Source of the DNA: Octopus sinensis
Taxonomy: Eukaryota
Assembly (NCBI RefSeq): GCF_006345805.1
Contig: NW_021834204.1
Span: 3,675 to 67,674, forward strand
DNA: 64,000 bases
Reading direction: 5' to 3'
How positions within the stretch are numbered: the stretch's first letter is position 1; each line of letters opens with the position of its first letter. The notes beneath the pieces were generated by a model. The model had not been told where the DNA came from, did no database searches, and saw only the letters and a program-made list of their open reading frames with translations. The position numbers were made by a program, and so were the translations under genes. Below, in pieces: positions 37,473 to 50,170 of this stretch.

Positions 37473-38239
37473 CTCTATCTATCTTTCTACCTAATTATCT
37501 TCCTGTCTATCTCTCTCATTACACACATTCACACATACACACACACACACAGAGTATATCGTTTAAGAAACATAATTAACTCACTGTGAGACATAAGCAA
37601 GCTGGTTACATCACAAGTTTTATCATTCCATTCGGATTGATTTGACCAGTTCCTGAGTTGGTCAGACCTTTATCAGAGAAATTATATCCATTTTCTGGCT
37701 GGAGAAAGATAAGTTCTAGTGCAAACAAAACTCGGACAAAGTCGAATTACCCTGCTGTGTTTGTATAACAGCGCTTGCTCTAAATAACTTGAATTAATGC
37801 TTATTTAATTGTTCACTACACAGCGTTTTCCGAGCAATTTAAAATAATAGTGTACTTTTCAATAATCATACAAATTATTTGAAAGACATTAAGAGTTAAT
37901 TAATTGATGCGGCCAGTTCATGTACTGTTATGCAAATTAGACAAGTAGGTTCAGCTTCGTTACTGTTTGCGACCAGAGTAAATAGTTATAAGCTAATGAT
38001 ATAGCCGGGGACAAGAGATGTCCTTCATTTATTTACTGGTGAGGTTTTAACAAGACCAGAAACTAAACTCGGATTCAGTTTTTCCTGCCCACTCCTGTAT
38101 AAAAGTCTGTGGTGTTACCAACTTGTCTACTTTTCAGAGACTGGATCTAATTGTATGTATGTATGTATATGTGTTTGTATATGCATAACTGGTCGTGCTT
38201 AACTTTGCATATCCAACTGAGACTGACAATTCAAAATAT

Positions 38240-38580
38240 TTTTTGAAGAATATTACAAATACAAACAGAAAAACAACTGGTAGCAGCTATCACCAAATTA
38301 CCAAGAAGCTTAAAAATTTGCAGCTTAACTTAAAATAGATGATAGAACTAAACGTTTAGCATTGCATAAATCACTACATTGCTTTCAAAGATTTTAAACA
38401 TAATTCTAAAGCTGATTCCAAGTGTAGATTTATTAACACAGTAAAATGCGAATTAGGTAAATTAGTAATTATAATTTGGATTCGGCTACCTTAAAAATTA
38501 GTCCAGCCGGAAATTTGCCCACATGGAAAAAATAGCGCTAGTGTAGTTAATTGGTTAAATTATATACAAGCAAGTCTGAG
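38240..38580 (+). mobile_element. Decayed Penelope-like RT N-terminal fragment (different lineage from 55600-57790)
   Basis: Across frameshifts: KNITNTNRK, LKIDDRTKRLA, YIAFKDFKHNSKADSKCRFINTVKCELGK and KNSASVVNWL, matching the recalled PLE pattern ENITKTYKK / LKIDDR / YITLKDHK..F...PKCRLINPAKSELGK / WKNT..VI.WF. Confidence 0.72.
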
Positions 38581-38977
38581 GAGCTTTCGATTGGATTGTG
38601 ACGGAATCTTCTGCATATTTTATCGAACTATGAAAAACGAAACCTAATATCGTTCTTAAGATCTTAACTCGGAACGTCGAGCCAACGCTGTGATTGAATA
38701 AACGCATTGACGAGAGCAAATGCAAGCAAATGTAAACAATTTTTGTAAACATTTTTGAAAATATCTGTGGACAAGAAGTAGAAGGGTTGGCCTTACTGGT
38801 TTCAAATTATGGCAAAAACTAATAAACATACCTTAATTTGCATTTCAAGTTATAGAATAGGCTAGTGCACCGTTAATGAATTAGTACACACATACATACA
38901 CACTCACACACATACACACACATTTTGCTTTATATTTCACGCTGAAGTTTCTCTCAGATTGTCACAGTTCCGTTTTT

Positions 38978-39403
38978 GAATCTTTTCGGTTTGAACGGCA
39001 GTTTTTTCTAGTGGTGTCATATGAAATTGTCACCCATAATTATGACCCTAGTATCGATCTATTGCATTTCAATCTGTTTTAGGGTTAGGGTTATGGTTAG
39101 GGGTGGGGGGAAGGGTATCTTTTTTTCTTCAGAAATGTAAATAAACCCAATCTGTTTCTTAAACTAGAGACATATTCATACGGCACAGAATGTTTTTTTT
39201 TTACCTCAATAGACGTGAGTGATTGGCTGAAATTGCAGAAATTGAAGAAAAAAACAACAAATATCTTACAAACTATAGAATTTTCTCAATAAAGCCAAGA
39301 GAAAAAGATGTTTTATAAACACATTCTACCAGTATACGAAGTTTAAAATTTTTCAGTTACCTAGAAATTATGTTAAAAACTGCCGTTCAAACCGAAAAGA
39401 TCC
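38978..39403. mobile_element. MITE with 29 bp TIRs and 8 bp TSD
   Basis: TIR G(A/G)ATCTTTTCGGTTTGAACGGCAGTTTTT (one mismatch); CCGTTTTT duplicated at 38970-38977 and 39404-39411; internal TTAGGG-like repeats. Confidence 0.9.
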
Positions 39404-40229
39404 CCGTTTTTCACTGCAACCGGATCTTCACTGGAGTTGACATATTCCTTGATAAATACATACATACGCACGTACAAGCATAAGTATACACACGTGCATA
39501 CAAATATATAAGTACACGGGCACACATGCACACACATACACGCGCACATACACACACACCACACACACACACACCACACACACACACACGTCACATATAC
39601 ATATGGCGTCAACTGAAAAACAGCCTTGATTCCCACTGGTTACTCATTTTTAATTCCATTTGAAATCTCACGTGTTTGCATCCACACTTAATTTAGAAAT
39701 ACATATGTTCCGTTTTCAATTTTCGATTAGTCATAAAAAGATGATTTTATTACGATATTTAAAAGTTGTAAAAGTTAATTGCACCCACAAACATTCATAC
39801 GCACATACATGTGTTTGTGTATGTGCGCACATGTGCATTGAATTCTCCGTCCAGTTGGTTCCACTCTTGTTGTAGACACAAACGGTGCTGTTTCACAAAT
39901 ATAACTTTCGACTCCACAACAACCACGATAATTACAGTCACTGGCTCGGGAACGAAATTTCTTTAGTGGGTGCAAACCCAGACCCTAAAAGCTTTTACAA
40001 ATATAGTCATGCTTATTTATTTATTGATGTTCTTTATCCTTTGAGAAGAAACCTAATTCAAAGTACTTTTTACAGATCACCTTTTATTCACTGTTTTCTA
40101 AACCTGAGAAAAGTAAGTAAAGGTGCAACTTTTGATTTTGCACTCCACAAAACTTTTAGGGGGTGCTCTTGCACCCTCTGTACCCCCAGTTCCCGGGCCC
40201 ATGAGTACAATCATTAGAAGCAGTATGGT

Positions 40230-40870
40230 GAGAAGCACAAGGCCAGTAGTTTTGAAAGGAGGGTGATAGTCTATTACATCGACGACTTCTGCACTTTAAT
40301 ACTAGTGTTTTATTGACACCATAAGGATGAAAAGCACGGTCGAACTCGATGGGATTTGTACTCGAAACGTAAGGACGAACGGACAAAATGCCACTAAGCA
40401 TTTTCTCCGGTGTGATAACAATTCTGCCAGCTTGTCGCCTTATATAACTAAAATAATCCTTTCTGCTACAGACACAAGGACTGTTATTTTTGGGAAATGG
40501 ACTAGTCTATTACATCTACTCCATTGCTCAACAGGTACTTATTTTATCGACTCCGAAAGAATGAAAGGCAAAGTCAACCTCAGCTGAATTTGAACTCGGA
40601 ACATAAAGTCGGACAAAATGCTGCCAAGCATTTTATCCGGCCTGCTAGCGATTCTGTCAGCTCACCGCCTAATATAACTTTATAATAATGACTTCAAATT
40701 TTGTCTCAAGGCTAGCAATTTCGGTAGAGTCAATTATATTGACCCCAATGTCCAAGTTGTACTTAATTTATCGACTCCGAAGGGATGAACGGCAAAGTCG
40801 ACCTCAGTGGAATTTGATCTCAGAACGTAAGGAGGGACGAAACGCCGCTAAGCATTTTGCTTGGTTTGCT
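40230..40870 (-). mobile_element. Degenerate tandem of about three family A SINE units
   Basis: Three diverged GGATGAA(A)GGCAAAGTC...GAATTTGA(A)CTC.GAAC blocks near 40325, 40560 and 40785. Confidence 0.78.
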
Positions 40871-41769
40871 AACATTTCTCCCATATATAACTTTATAATA
40901 ATATCAACAACTTCTGTTTCCTCTCTGTAGTTAATGACACGAGTTGTTTGTAATAATAACTTACAAGTAAAATATAATCTTTGACTGAAGATGTGTGAGT
41001 CCCATCTACTCATAATGGCGGATCAAATGGTAGTCCTATTCCAGATTTCTCCATCAGCTGCGTGTTCTAGTGTATTTTTCTATTGCTTGTCGGCAATCTC
41101 CAGGTTTTCCTGAGGACTTATTGTAATTATTTAGTTCTAGATCACTCCTTGTCAATCAGACATATATACCGAAGGCATTCTAACCATAAACGTGTTATTT
41201 TATTTTGACACAATAATTTCGGGACTACATATCTGATGCATCTTCTTTGTCACGATGGTAGGATGTGATTTAAGGTATATTTAGATGCTATTTATGGCAA
41301 TTATTAAAAAAAAATGTTTTCAGCATGCCCAGAGAGCTGACTAGAAAACTCAGTAACATCGTACAAAATACTTTGCGATTTTCGGTCACCAGAAGGTTCT
41401 GGGTTCAAATTCCATACATTCCATTACACATTCATCCTTTCTTGATCAATAAAATTAGCATTGATCTAAGAATACTGAGTGAGGTTCAATGTTATCAGTT
41501 ATACCCTTGAAGGTCGAGCCAAACTATAGCACATTTCAATTACAGAAACCAATGAAAAAATATAATCGATGACCCCATTGGATTCTTAATACACTATCGA
41601 AGACATTTCAGTCTACATTTACTTATTTAAAAGAAGTGTACATCAGATCAGTTTCCAATTATTATCAGTTAATTACTAGGTTAATTATTATAATTATTAT
41701 CGGGGTTCCTATTCTAATATTAACTGTGTGGCTCAGTAAGAAATGAATAGTCTAATTATGAAAGTTAAC

Positions 41770-42340
41770 AGGCGGCGTTAGCACGCCGGGCGAAGTGCTT
41801 CGCGGTATTTCGTCTGCCGCTACGTTCTGAGTTCAAATTCCGCCGAGGTCGACTTTGCCTTTCATCCTTTCGGGGTCGATTAAATAAGTACCAGTTACAC
41901 ATTGGGGTCGATATAATCGACTTAATCCGTTTGTCTGTCCTTGTTTGTCCCCTCTGTGTTTAACCCCTTGTGGGTAGTAAAGAAATAGGTATTTGGTCTG
42001 CCGCTACGTTCTGAGTTCAAATTTCGCCGAGGTCAACTTTGCCTTTCATCCTTTCGGAGTCGATTAAATAAGAACCAGTTACGCACTGGGGTCAATGTAA
42101 TCGACTTAATACCTATGTCTGTCCTTGTTTGTCCTCTCTGTGTTTAGCCTCTTGTGGGTAGTAAAGAAATAGATATTTCGTCTGTCTTTACGTTCTGAGT
42201 TCAAATTCCGCCGAGGACGATTTTGCCTTGCACCCTTTCGGGGTCGATACATTAAGTACCAGTTGCACACTGGGATCGGGATAATCGACTGGGCCCCCTC
42301 CCCCAAAATTTCGGGCCTTGTTCCTAGAGTAGAAAAGAAT
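41770..42340 (+). mobile_element. Family A SINE trimer (tail1-tail1-tail2)
   Basis: G(G/A)TATTT re-entry points at 41804, 41988 and 42172 (exact 184 bp spacing); last unit ends CCTTGTTCCTAGAGTAGAAAAGAATA as in the 18381-19386 array. Confidence 0.92.
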
Positions 42341-42930
42341 AGTTAATGTTTTGGACTGTTATTTCAAAAGACTTTAAAGAGTATCAGCAGAAAATATACC
42401 GATGGTATGAGAGTCAATACTAAAACCAGGTGAATAAGTCGTCAGGTGAAACTAATTTTATACAAATATTGATATATTTTTACTCAGACAGAGAAAATAG
42501 CAATATTTTAAGGGAAAAAAAACTAATTTTTATTTGTTACGTGCATAGTTTCGATTATATTGCAGGGTGTCAAGTATCAATGTCAGAAAAGTCCATTTCT
42601 GATCTCCGGTTTATTTGTATGTTTGATATTATATATCAATTTCTAATAGAGGAACAAGGTATTAAATTTAAGAGAAGAATATATCGAAAATATCGAACCC
42701 CAGTATTCGATTAGTACATATTTTGTCATCCTTGGGAGGATGAAAGAAAAACGCTAAACATGATGGGATTTCAGTCAAAACGTAAAACGTTGTAAATAAC
42801 TTTACGTTGCTGTACAAGGTATGTGCTAACAATTATTGGTTTCTTCTGTCTAAACATTGAGGCCCTGTCTTTCAAAAGTTGTAAAAACAGGATTCGTAAC
42901 AATTACACTGTGTAACACGATTTTTCTCCA

Positions 42931-43343
42931 TGAGTAAGCAGCTGTTATTTCCTATTTGCTTACTCCCAGAAAGTATGAAAAATAGCTAATATTTCTTTCA
43001 AACTTTGCTTTTGTTACTTTTATTCATACCCCCCAAAGAATCCCTCTCAACACATGGCTATGATGCTCTCCCACTAGACCTGCTCATCATCAGAAATGCA
43101 CACATTGTCACCCACTATGAGACATGCTCAAATCTTTAAAGTCAGGCAAAACTGTGATATTAAACAGAATATTTGCAGATATTTGTGCTTCAGTAACTTA
43201 GCGTTGAATCGGTCTGAAATGTAATGGAAAATAGGTCAGTTTCAAAATATTGATGTCCAGGTCCTAAAAGCAAAGTTTGAAGAGAATAGCAGTCATTTCC
43301 TTTGATTTCTAGATAGAAACAAATAGGAAATAACACTTACTGA
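42931..43343. mobile_element. Degenerate MITE
   Basis: Inverted ends AGTAAG(CAGC)TGTTATTTCCTATTTG (42933-42958) and CAAATAGGAAATAACACTTACT (43320-43341); TSD not resolved. Confidence 0.6.
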
Positions 43344-43390
43344 CCAAAAATCAATCAATAAATAAATAGAATAAAATAAAAAATTTGTTA

Positions 43391-43525
43391 CATAGTCTGT
43401 TGTGTCTGGGGAGAGTCATTTTCCTTTTGTGCCTTATAATGTAACACCCTCACCGGTGAAATTTCCACTTTTTTCTTATTTTCCTAAAAAAAGAAAATGA
43501 CTCGCCCCAGACACAACAGAATATG
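43391..43525. mobile_element. Short MITE (135 bp) with 33 bp TIRs
   Basis: CATA(G/T)TCTGTTGTGTCTGGGG(A/C)GAGTCATTTTC inverted, two mismatches. Confidence 0.8.
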
Positions 43526-43811
43526 CTTCAACACACGAACTCATATAAAGAATTTTGCAAACCAAATCCCAAAACTAAATATTGTTACATAGTGTTATTC
43601 TTTTCTTAGATATTATTAACGTAGATGAAAAAAAAAAAGAAGAATTTTCAGTTGGTATATGAAACCATATCATACTACCAGAAGCTTATCTCTTGCACTA
43701 TAACTCAAGTACTTTTAAAATAGGATTATTTATTTATATACTTATTTTCTTAGATACAAAAGCCTCATACATGGTAAAGAAAGAAAATGACAAATAGTGA
43801 TAGTTGATGCT

Positions 43812-44197
43812 GGAAGCACTCCGTCGGTTCCGACGATGAGGGTTCCGGTTGATCCGAATCAACGGAACAGCCTGCTCGTGAAATTAACGTGTAAGTGGCT
43901 GAGCACTCCACAGACACGTGTACCCTTAACGTAGTTCTCGGGGATATTCAGCGTGACACAGAGAGTGACAAGGCCGGCCCTTTGAAATACAGGTACAACA
44001 GAAACAGGAAGTAAGAGTGAGAGAGAGTTGTGGTGAAAGAGTACAGCAGGGATCACCACCATCCCCTGCCGGAGCCTCGTGGAGCTTTTAGGTGTTTTCG
44101 CTCAATAAACACTCACAACGCCCGGTCTGGGAATCGAAACCGCGATCCTACGACCGCGCGTCCGCTGCCCTAACCACTGGGCCATTGTGCCTCCACA
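43812..44197 (-). mobile_element. tRNA-derived SINE with tail type 3 and 12 bp TSD
   Basis: Reverse complement head GTGGAGGCACAATGGCCCAGTGGTTAGGG...GTTTCGATTCCC; ATAGTTGATGCT at 43800-43811 and 44198-44209. Confidence 0.93.
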
Positions 44198-44699
44198 ATA
44201 GTTGATGCTAATGTGCAATCGGAAACTGAAACCGTGATGGTCTTTTTGGATTGCTGGGAATTTACCTATCGCTTTTTAGTAAACGCCCCTTTTGGTAATG
44301 GATATTATTTAGTGTCACCAGAGAACATTTATTTTAGCAGAACAAAAAAGATTGAATTAGCCGTCAATTACTTTAAACTCTATTACATATTTAGATAAGA
44401 AATAACATGGAAACTATATCAATTATTTACTGCCAACCATTATTACAAATCTGGCAATTTTCTACGGAGTGAATAAAAAAAGACAAACGATTTCTCGGTT
44501 TAAAAGGAATACATTATCAACATAATGGCGCCAGTCTCAAGTCTGAAAGCGGAGAGCTTGTTGTGGAATGACCGCTTGAAAACAATCTAAATATTAACGG
44601 ATGCCCATATTAACAGACAACTGTAGAAAGCTGAGTCGGATTTGCATACGTATACACAAACAAACACTCAAATATATTTACACATATGTATACGTTAGA

Positions 44700-44776
44700 A
44701 GATTTAGATAGGTATATATATATACATAATATATATATACATATATATATACACACAAATATATATATATATATAC

Positions 44777-44807
<31 letters not shown>

Positions 44808-44820
44808 CATATACACACAC

Positions 44821-44858
<38 letters not shown>

Positions 44859-44884
44859 TATATACATATACACACACATATATA

Positions 44885-44924
<40 letters not shown>

Positions 44925-44934
44925 CTTATATATA

Positions 44935-44974
<40 letters not shown>

Positions 44975-45010
44975 ATATATATATATATACACACACACAC
45001 ACATTAACAC
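44700..45010. repeat. (TA)n/(CA)n microsatellite
   Basis: Directly visible simple repeat. Confidence 0.95.
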
Positions 45011-45431
45011 ATATATAAGAATTTATATACATAACCTAATATTAACAAATGTATAAAAATACATGTAAGTACATTAGACATGCGCACTTATACCGACGTA
45101 CACATACACAAACAGTGCGCTTACTTACATACATATATACACACACACACAAACACATATATGATTAAACAAGCTGTCTGTCATCATATTAAGTAGAATT
45201 ATCACGAGCATCAGTAAGCATACCAGATTTGGCATCGGCCGAAACAGACAAACAAAACCCTCCTTCCTTTCTTCTCATCGCTAATGTGACATTCTGTATA
45301 CTCTATGTTACAGATCTTATAAATCGCTGTGTAGTTAATTTGTTCCTTACACCACTTTCGTCTCCTCCGGCACTCAATATTGTGCTCTCTTCAGAACATG
45401 CCACATAAAAAACGACGCTCACAAATATATA

Positions 45432-45650
45432 TTTCTTTACAACCCACAAAGGGCTAAACACAGAGGAGACAAACAAGGACAGACAAACGGATTACGTCGA
45501 CCCCAGTGCGTAACTGGTACTTAATTTATCGACCCCGAAAGGATGAAAGGCAAAGTCGACCTCGGCGGAATTTGAACTCAGAACGTAACGGCAGACGAAA
45601 TACAGCTACGCATTTCGCCTAGCGTGCTAACGTTTCTGCCAGCTCGCCGC
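45432..45650 (-). mobile_element. Family A SINE monomer with 14 bp TSD
   Basis: Clean head-body-tail1; CTCACAAATATATA at 45418-45431 and 45651-45664. Confidence 0.94.
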
Positions 45651-45918
45651 CTCACAAATATATACACAGACTGGCCTATATACACATATACAGCCATATA
45701 CACAATCAATGTATACACTTGTATGAGCCACAATAGATATCGTACCAAATAGAATATTCAATTATGTGACTGACTTCACAATTTTTTAAATAATTTTTCA
45801 TGTAAAACACAACTAAATATGCACGACAAACAGTGAGAAACTTCATTAGAAACTACATCAACACATCAGATGCTAATATTTTACAAAGGTCACGTGCAAC
45901 CTACATTGGAATACTGCC

Positions 45919-45953
<35 letters not shown>

Positions 45954-46129
45954 ATATACCAGTGCTGTTGCTTATAATCACATCAGCATCAAGGGTAATT
46001 AACAAAACTTGCATAACAGATTCACATCCTAACGTGTTCGGTCCTCTGAATGACTAATACGCGGTTCCCGTTCTTTGCTTCTTATGTCGATACTACAACA
46101 GTTTGTGCTCCATGCTAATCTACTTAGCC

Positions 46130-46407
46130 CAGTGGTTCTTAACCAGTTTCTGCCTACCAACCCCTTTGATTCCTGTTTTACCTAGGGATGGGTACCCTTC
46201 ATAACCATTCGATGCCTAAAAGCCCTTATATCTTTATAAGGAATTGTATAAAAAGTGTTTAAATATTTTGTGTACTTTAGAAATATAACTAGTTCATGGC
46301 ACATAAATTTTAACAACAAAATGTACGAACCCCTGAGGAAGTTATATAGATCTCGAAGGGCCATATAGTCCTCCAAAGGTCATTTGGGCTCTGGTTGAGA
46401 ACCACTG
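46130..46407. mobile_element. hAT (Charlie-like) MITE
   Basis: TIR CAGTGGTTCT(T/C)AACCAG; flanks ACTTAGCC / ATTTAGCT (6 of 8 match), consistent with an aged 8 bp TSD. Confidence 0.82.
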
Positions 46408-47194
46408 ATTTAGCTGCATATGCTCTCCACTTTCGGTCACTTTTTTCAAAAGTCTCTCCTCTTCCTGCGACTTTTCCTGTGTCTCACTTCTCAGATCCTG
46501 ATCGAAACATTTTGCCCAGTTGTCTTTTCAACTAAAACGGACGAAATTACCGCCAAAGCTTACTTTTTCATGCAGATGTTTAAGCTGCACATCAAGTGCA
46601 TCAGTTGCACCAGCATAGAAGGCTATATGGAGGTCATATGCACAGAAATATTATTTAAAATATGTAAACAAAGTCATACTGGTGATGAGAGCAAGTTTAC
46701 GAGGTTGATGGAGACGACAACCCTCGAACACTGACATTTATGTGTTCCAGCTCTCTGTCCTCTGAGTTCAGATCCTGCAGAGGTCGACCACGCTTTCAAC
46801 TCTTCGGGGTCAATAAACAAAGTACTAGTAAAAAACAGGGACGTTTTTAGTCCCAACTGTTTCGCTCTCACTCTTTCTTTCTTTTACAATTGATAATGGT
46901 GAAGATACCAAGAAAAGAGCGATTGCATAGTGGCACAGCAAGTCAGTTAGCCATTTTCTATAAACTCACTATAAAGATCTCTAAAGCGACTGTTTCAGTT
47001 ACATTTTTTTCTTTTTGATATCTTCATTAGGAGCCGATACTCCATGGTCTATTGCATATTCAATAAGCTAGTGAGAGTGTTTCTACGTGAGCGGTTGCTC
47101 GAAATGCGAGATATAGCAGTCAAAAGTGAGATGAAGAAAAAAAAAACTTCACTAATGGACAGGTTCTTTATTTAACGAACGAAATTGATGATCG

Positions 47195-47320
47195 TCTGTT
47201 CTACTATACCCAGGGCTATAGGAGAGGACACTTGTCCAAGGTGCTGCGCAGAGAGACTGAACCCAAAACCACGTAGTTGTCATGCAACCTTCTTTAACCA
47301 CACAGCCATGCTTGCGCCCA
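47195..47320 (-). mobile_element. Degenerate family B SINE head
   Basis: GACACTTGTCCAAGGTG...ACCACACAGCCATGCTTGCGCC. Confidence 0.75.
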
Positions 47321-48189
47321 TCTGTGTAGATATTAAAATATGTTTCTGAAAACACTACCTTGTAATATTTGTTCCAGCTGTCTATGTTATGAGCTCCAGT
47401 TCTACCAAAGGCAGCATAAAACAGTTGTTATCCATCTGTCTCTTAAGACAGTACTGAATGAAACTTCTGAGATATCTATGTCTCTTATATTCTGATTGCA
47501 ATATAACTAACTGACGATTTCACATAGTTCAGTGCATTTTCTTTTACTATGCACAAAGACATATCATGCAATAAAAGAATTTTAATTAATTCGATCTTAA
47601 TATAATACGATCGGCACAAAAGTAGCTGAATAGTGCATAAAATGATCTGCCTAGTTCAGTATTCAAATTTATTTTCGTACATTCTCAATATAGATGTTGC
47701 TTTTCTTTTTAAACTTTAGTCATTAGGACGTAGGGCAAAATGCTTTGCGCTAATTGTTTCAGTTCTCTGTGTTCTAAGTTGAAATCTCTACGAGGTCATT
47801 TTCGCTATTCATTCTTTCGGGGTTGAGGAAATAAAGCACCAAGGTGCCTTGTGGTATTTATACCTGCTCTTTCTGTTTTTATGTTTTGGGTGGTAGACTT
47901 TTGACATTTTGATTGGTAGGGGTTGAAATTCCCTTTTTGTATCTTCCCTACTTGAATCTTGCAAGCATTCAGACCAGGTTTTCTGTTTGAGGATAGATTT
48001 TATCCCTTCCTTCTTTCCTTCCTTCCTTCCTTCCTTCCTTCCTTCCTTCCTTCCTTCCATTTGTATCTGAGGTACTTTGATAGAATTGTTAGGGCGCTCT
48101 TTGAGTTCTGAGTTCTTAGGAAGTTGACTTTATCCTTTCAAGCACTGCTGTAAATAGCGCAATTGAGCTAGAACGTTAAAACTTAGTGC

Positions 48190-48510
48190 GCATGCACAGC
48201 AGAGTTCAAGGTCAGTCTGTTCCAAGCGGCTTATTCTGCGTACTTGGCTTCGTTACTAGGGCAACAATCCGGGTACTGAGTGATCAGACCACCTATATGT
48301 ATATATATTTATGTGTGTCTGTGAATGTGTGTGTGTGTGTGTGTGTGTTTGCCCCCCCCCCCCCCTTGACAGCCGATGTTGTGTGTTTGCGTTCCCATAA
48401 CTTACAGGTTCGACAAAGGTGTCGATTTCTTCAACTAAAAATCCTTTAAAAGTGGTGCTCCAGCATGGCCGCAGTCAAATGACTGGAATAAGTAAAGGAA
48501 TAAAGGAATT
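48190..48510 (+). mobile_element. Degenerate family B SINE body and tail
   Basis: CTTGACAGCCGATG...GGTGCTCCAGCATGGCCGCAGTCAAATGACTG. Confidence 0.78.
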
Positions 48511-48659
48511 AAACAAATATCAAACATGATAAACATATATAAAAATGTTTTTTTAAGAAAATTGCCCGATTTTACTGAAATAGATATTCAATTCTGGGAC
48601 ACACTGTAGAATGGATCTCAGTCGTTTGACTATGAGGATTTCATTGCCTGATCAACTAA

Positions 48660-48875
48660 ATTTCCGACACTGGTAAGTGGCTGAGCATTCCATAGACAAG
48701 AGTACCTTTATGCACAATCAACGTGTTAGGGGTGTAATAAGGCTGTAGGTTTCTGAATTATGAAAAAAAAAAATCATCTTTACTCAGGGACACAATGCGC
48801 TGTTCGGTCCAGGAATCGAACCCATGACTTCATGATCATGAGTCCAAGACCATAACAACTAGGCTAAGCACCCAG
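48660..48875 (-). mobile_element. Degenerate family C SINE (tail type 3)
   Basis: GTAAGTGGCTGAGCATTCC tail block plus GGACACAATGCG...GGAATCGAACCC head. Confidence 0.6.
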
Positions 48876-49134
48876 TGATGCCATGCAAGGTAACCCCCAC
48901 CCCTCCTGAAATACTCTCACCGCAAATCAGTGGCAGTAGATAACAGGTATAAGAAATATAGCAATACTAACTTGTACACACACATACACACACACATATA
49001 TATACATACATCCATATACGTACATACATACACACACATATGTACGTATATATTTGTTGTGTTAAATGATGAGGTCAACAGGAGTCAGCGATATCAAATA
49101 GATATATCTGTCACCAGTCCACTCAAACAAAGAG

Positions 49135-49202
<68 letters not shown>

Positions 49203-49430
49203 ACACAGACACACACATTCAGGCAGGCACAAACATTGATTTACATACATTTACGTACATATTTACATAATGTTATTTTCTGAGGAAAACAAAAGTTTTA
49301 CTGAACGTAATCTGAGACTAAATAGACATTATCATTGCTGACTGAAAGATCCACTTAGAGAAAGATGATGGCCCAGTGTGGCATCGGCGTCGGCGTAGCG
49401 TTGCAGCCAAATGTCTTTCTATTGGTATTG

Positions 49431-50170
49431 TTGTCAGTTACTAAAGGTGGCGAGCTGGCAGAAACGTTAGCACGCCGGGCGAAATGCGTAGCCGTACTTC
49501 GTCTGCATTTACGTTCTGAGTTCAAATTCCGCCGAGGTCGACTTTGCATTTCATCCTTTCGGGGTCGATTAAATAAGTACCAGTTACACTGGGGTCGACG
49601 TAATCGACTTAATCCATTTGTCTGTCCTTGTTTTTCCTCTTTGTGTTTAGCCCCTTGTGGGTAGTAAAGAAATAGGTATTTCGTCTGTCGCAACGTTCTG
49701 AGTTCAAATTCCGCCTAGGTCGATATTGCCATTCGTTTTTCGGGGTTGATAAATCAAGTACCAGTTGAATACTGGGGTCGATGTGATCGACTCTTCCCCT
49801 CCCACAAAATCAGGACTTTTCCCTATAGTAGAAAGGATTATTGTCAGTTGCTAAAAGCGGCACGCTGGCAGAATCGTCAGCATGCCGGGCAAAATGCTTA
49901 GCGGTATTTCGTCTGTCTTCGTGTTCTAAGTTCAAATTCTGCCGAGGTCGATTCTGCGCTTTATTCTTTCGGAGTTGATAAAATAAATACCAGTTTAATA
50001 CTGGGGTCGATGTAATCGACTATCCTCCCTAAATTTCAGGCCCTGTGTCTATAATAGAAAGGATTACTGGCAGTTGTTGAAAGCGGTGAGCTGATAGAAC
50101 TGTTAGAACGCCAGGCAAAATGCTTAGCAACTTTTAGTCTGTCTTAACGTTTTGAGTTCAAATTCTGAGT
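49431..50170 (+). mobile_element. Family A SINE tandem (dimer tail1-tail2, then two further head-bearing units)
   Basis: GAAATAG|GTATTTCGTCTG junction at 49675; units re-start after a TTGTCAGTT(A/G)CT-like leader at 49431, 49841 and about 50068. Confidence 0.88.

Noticed and set aside
37585-37667. Minus-strand candidate exon reading SDQLRNWSNQSEWNDKTCD (C-type lectin WND-like)
   Set aside because: Only a five-residue motif, no other lectin cysteines or partner exons, and a weak acceptor.
39078-39110. Interstitial telomere or chromosome fusion site
   Set aside because: Only three or four imperfect TTAGGG units, and they lie inside a TSD-flanked MITE.
40140-40205. GGGGGTGC...GCACCC...GGGCCCATG MITE-like end
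   Set aside because: No partner TIR or TSD located, so it cannot be delimited.
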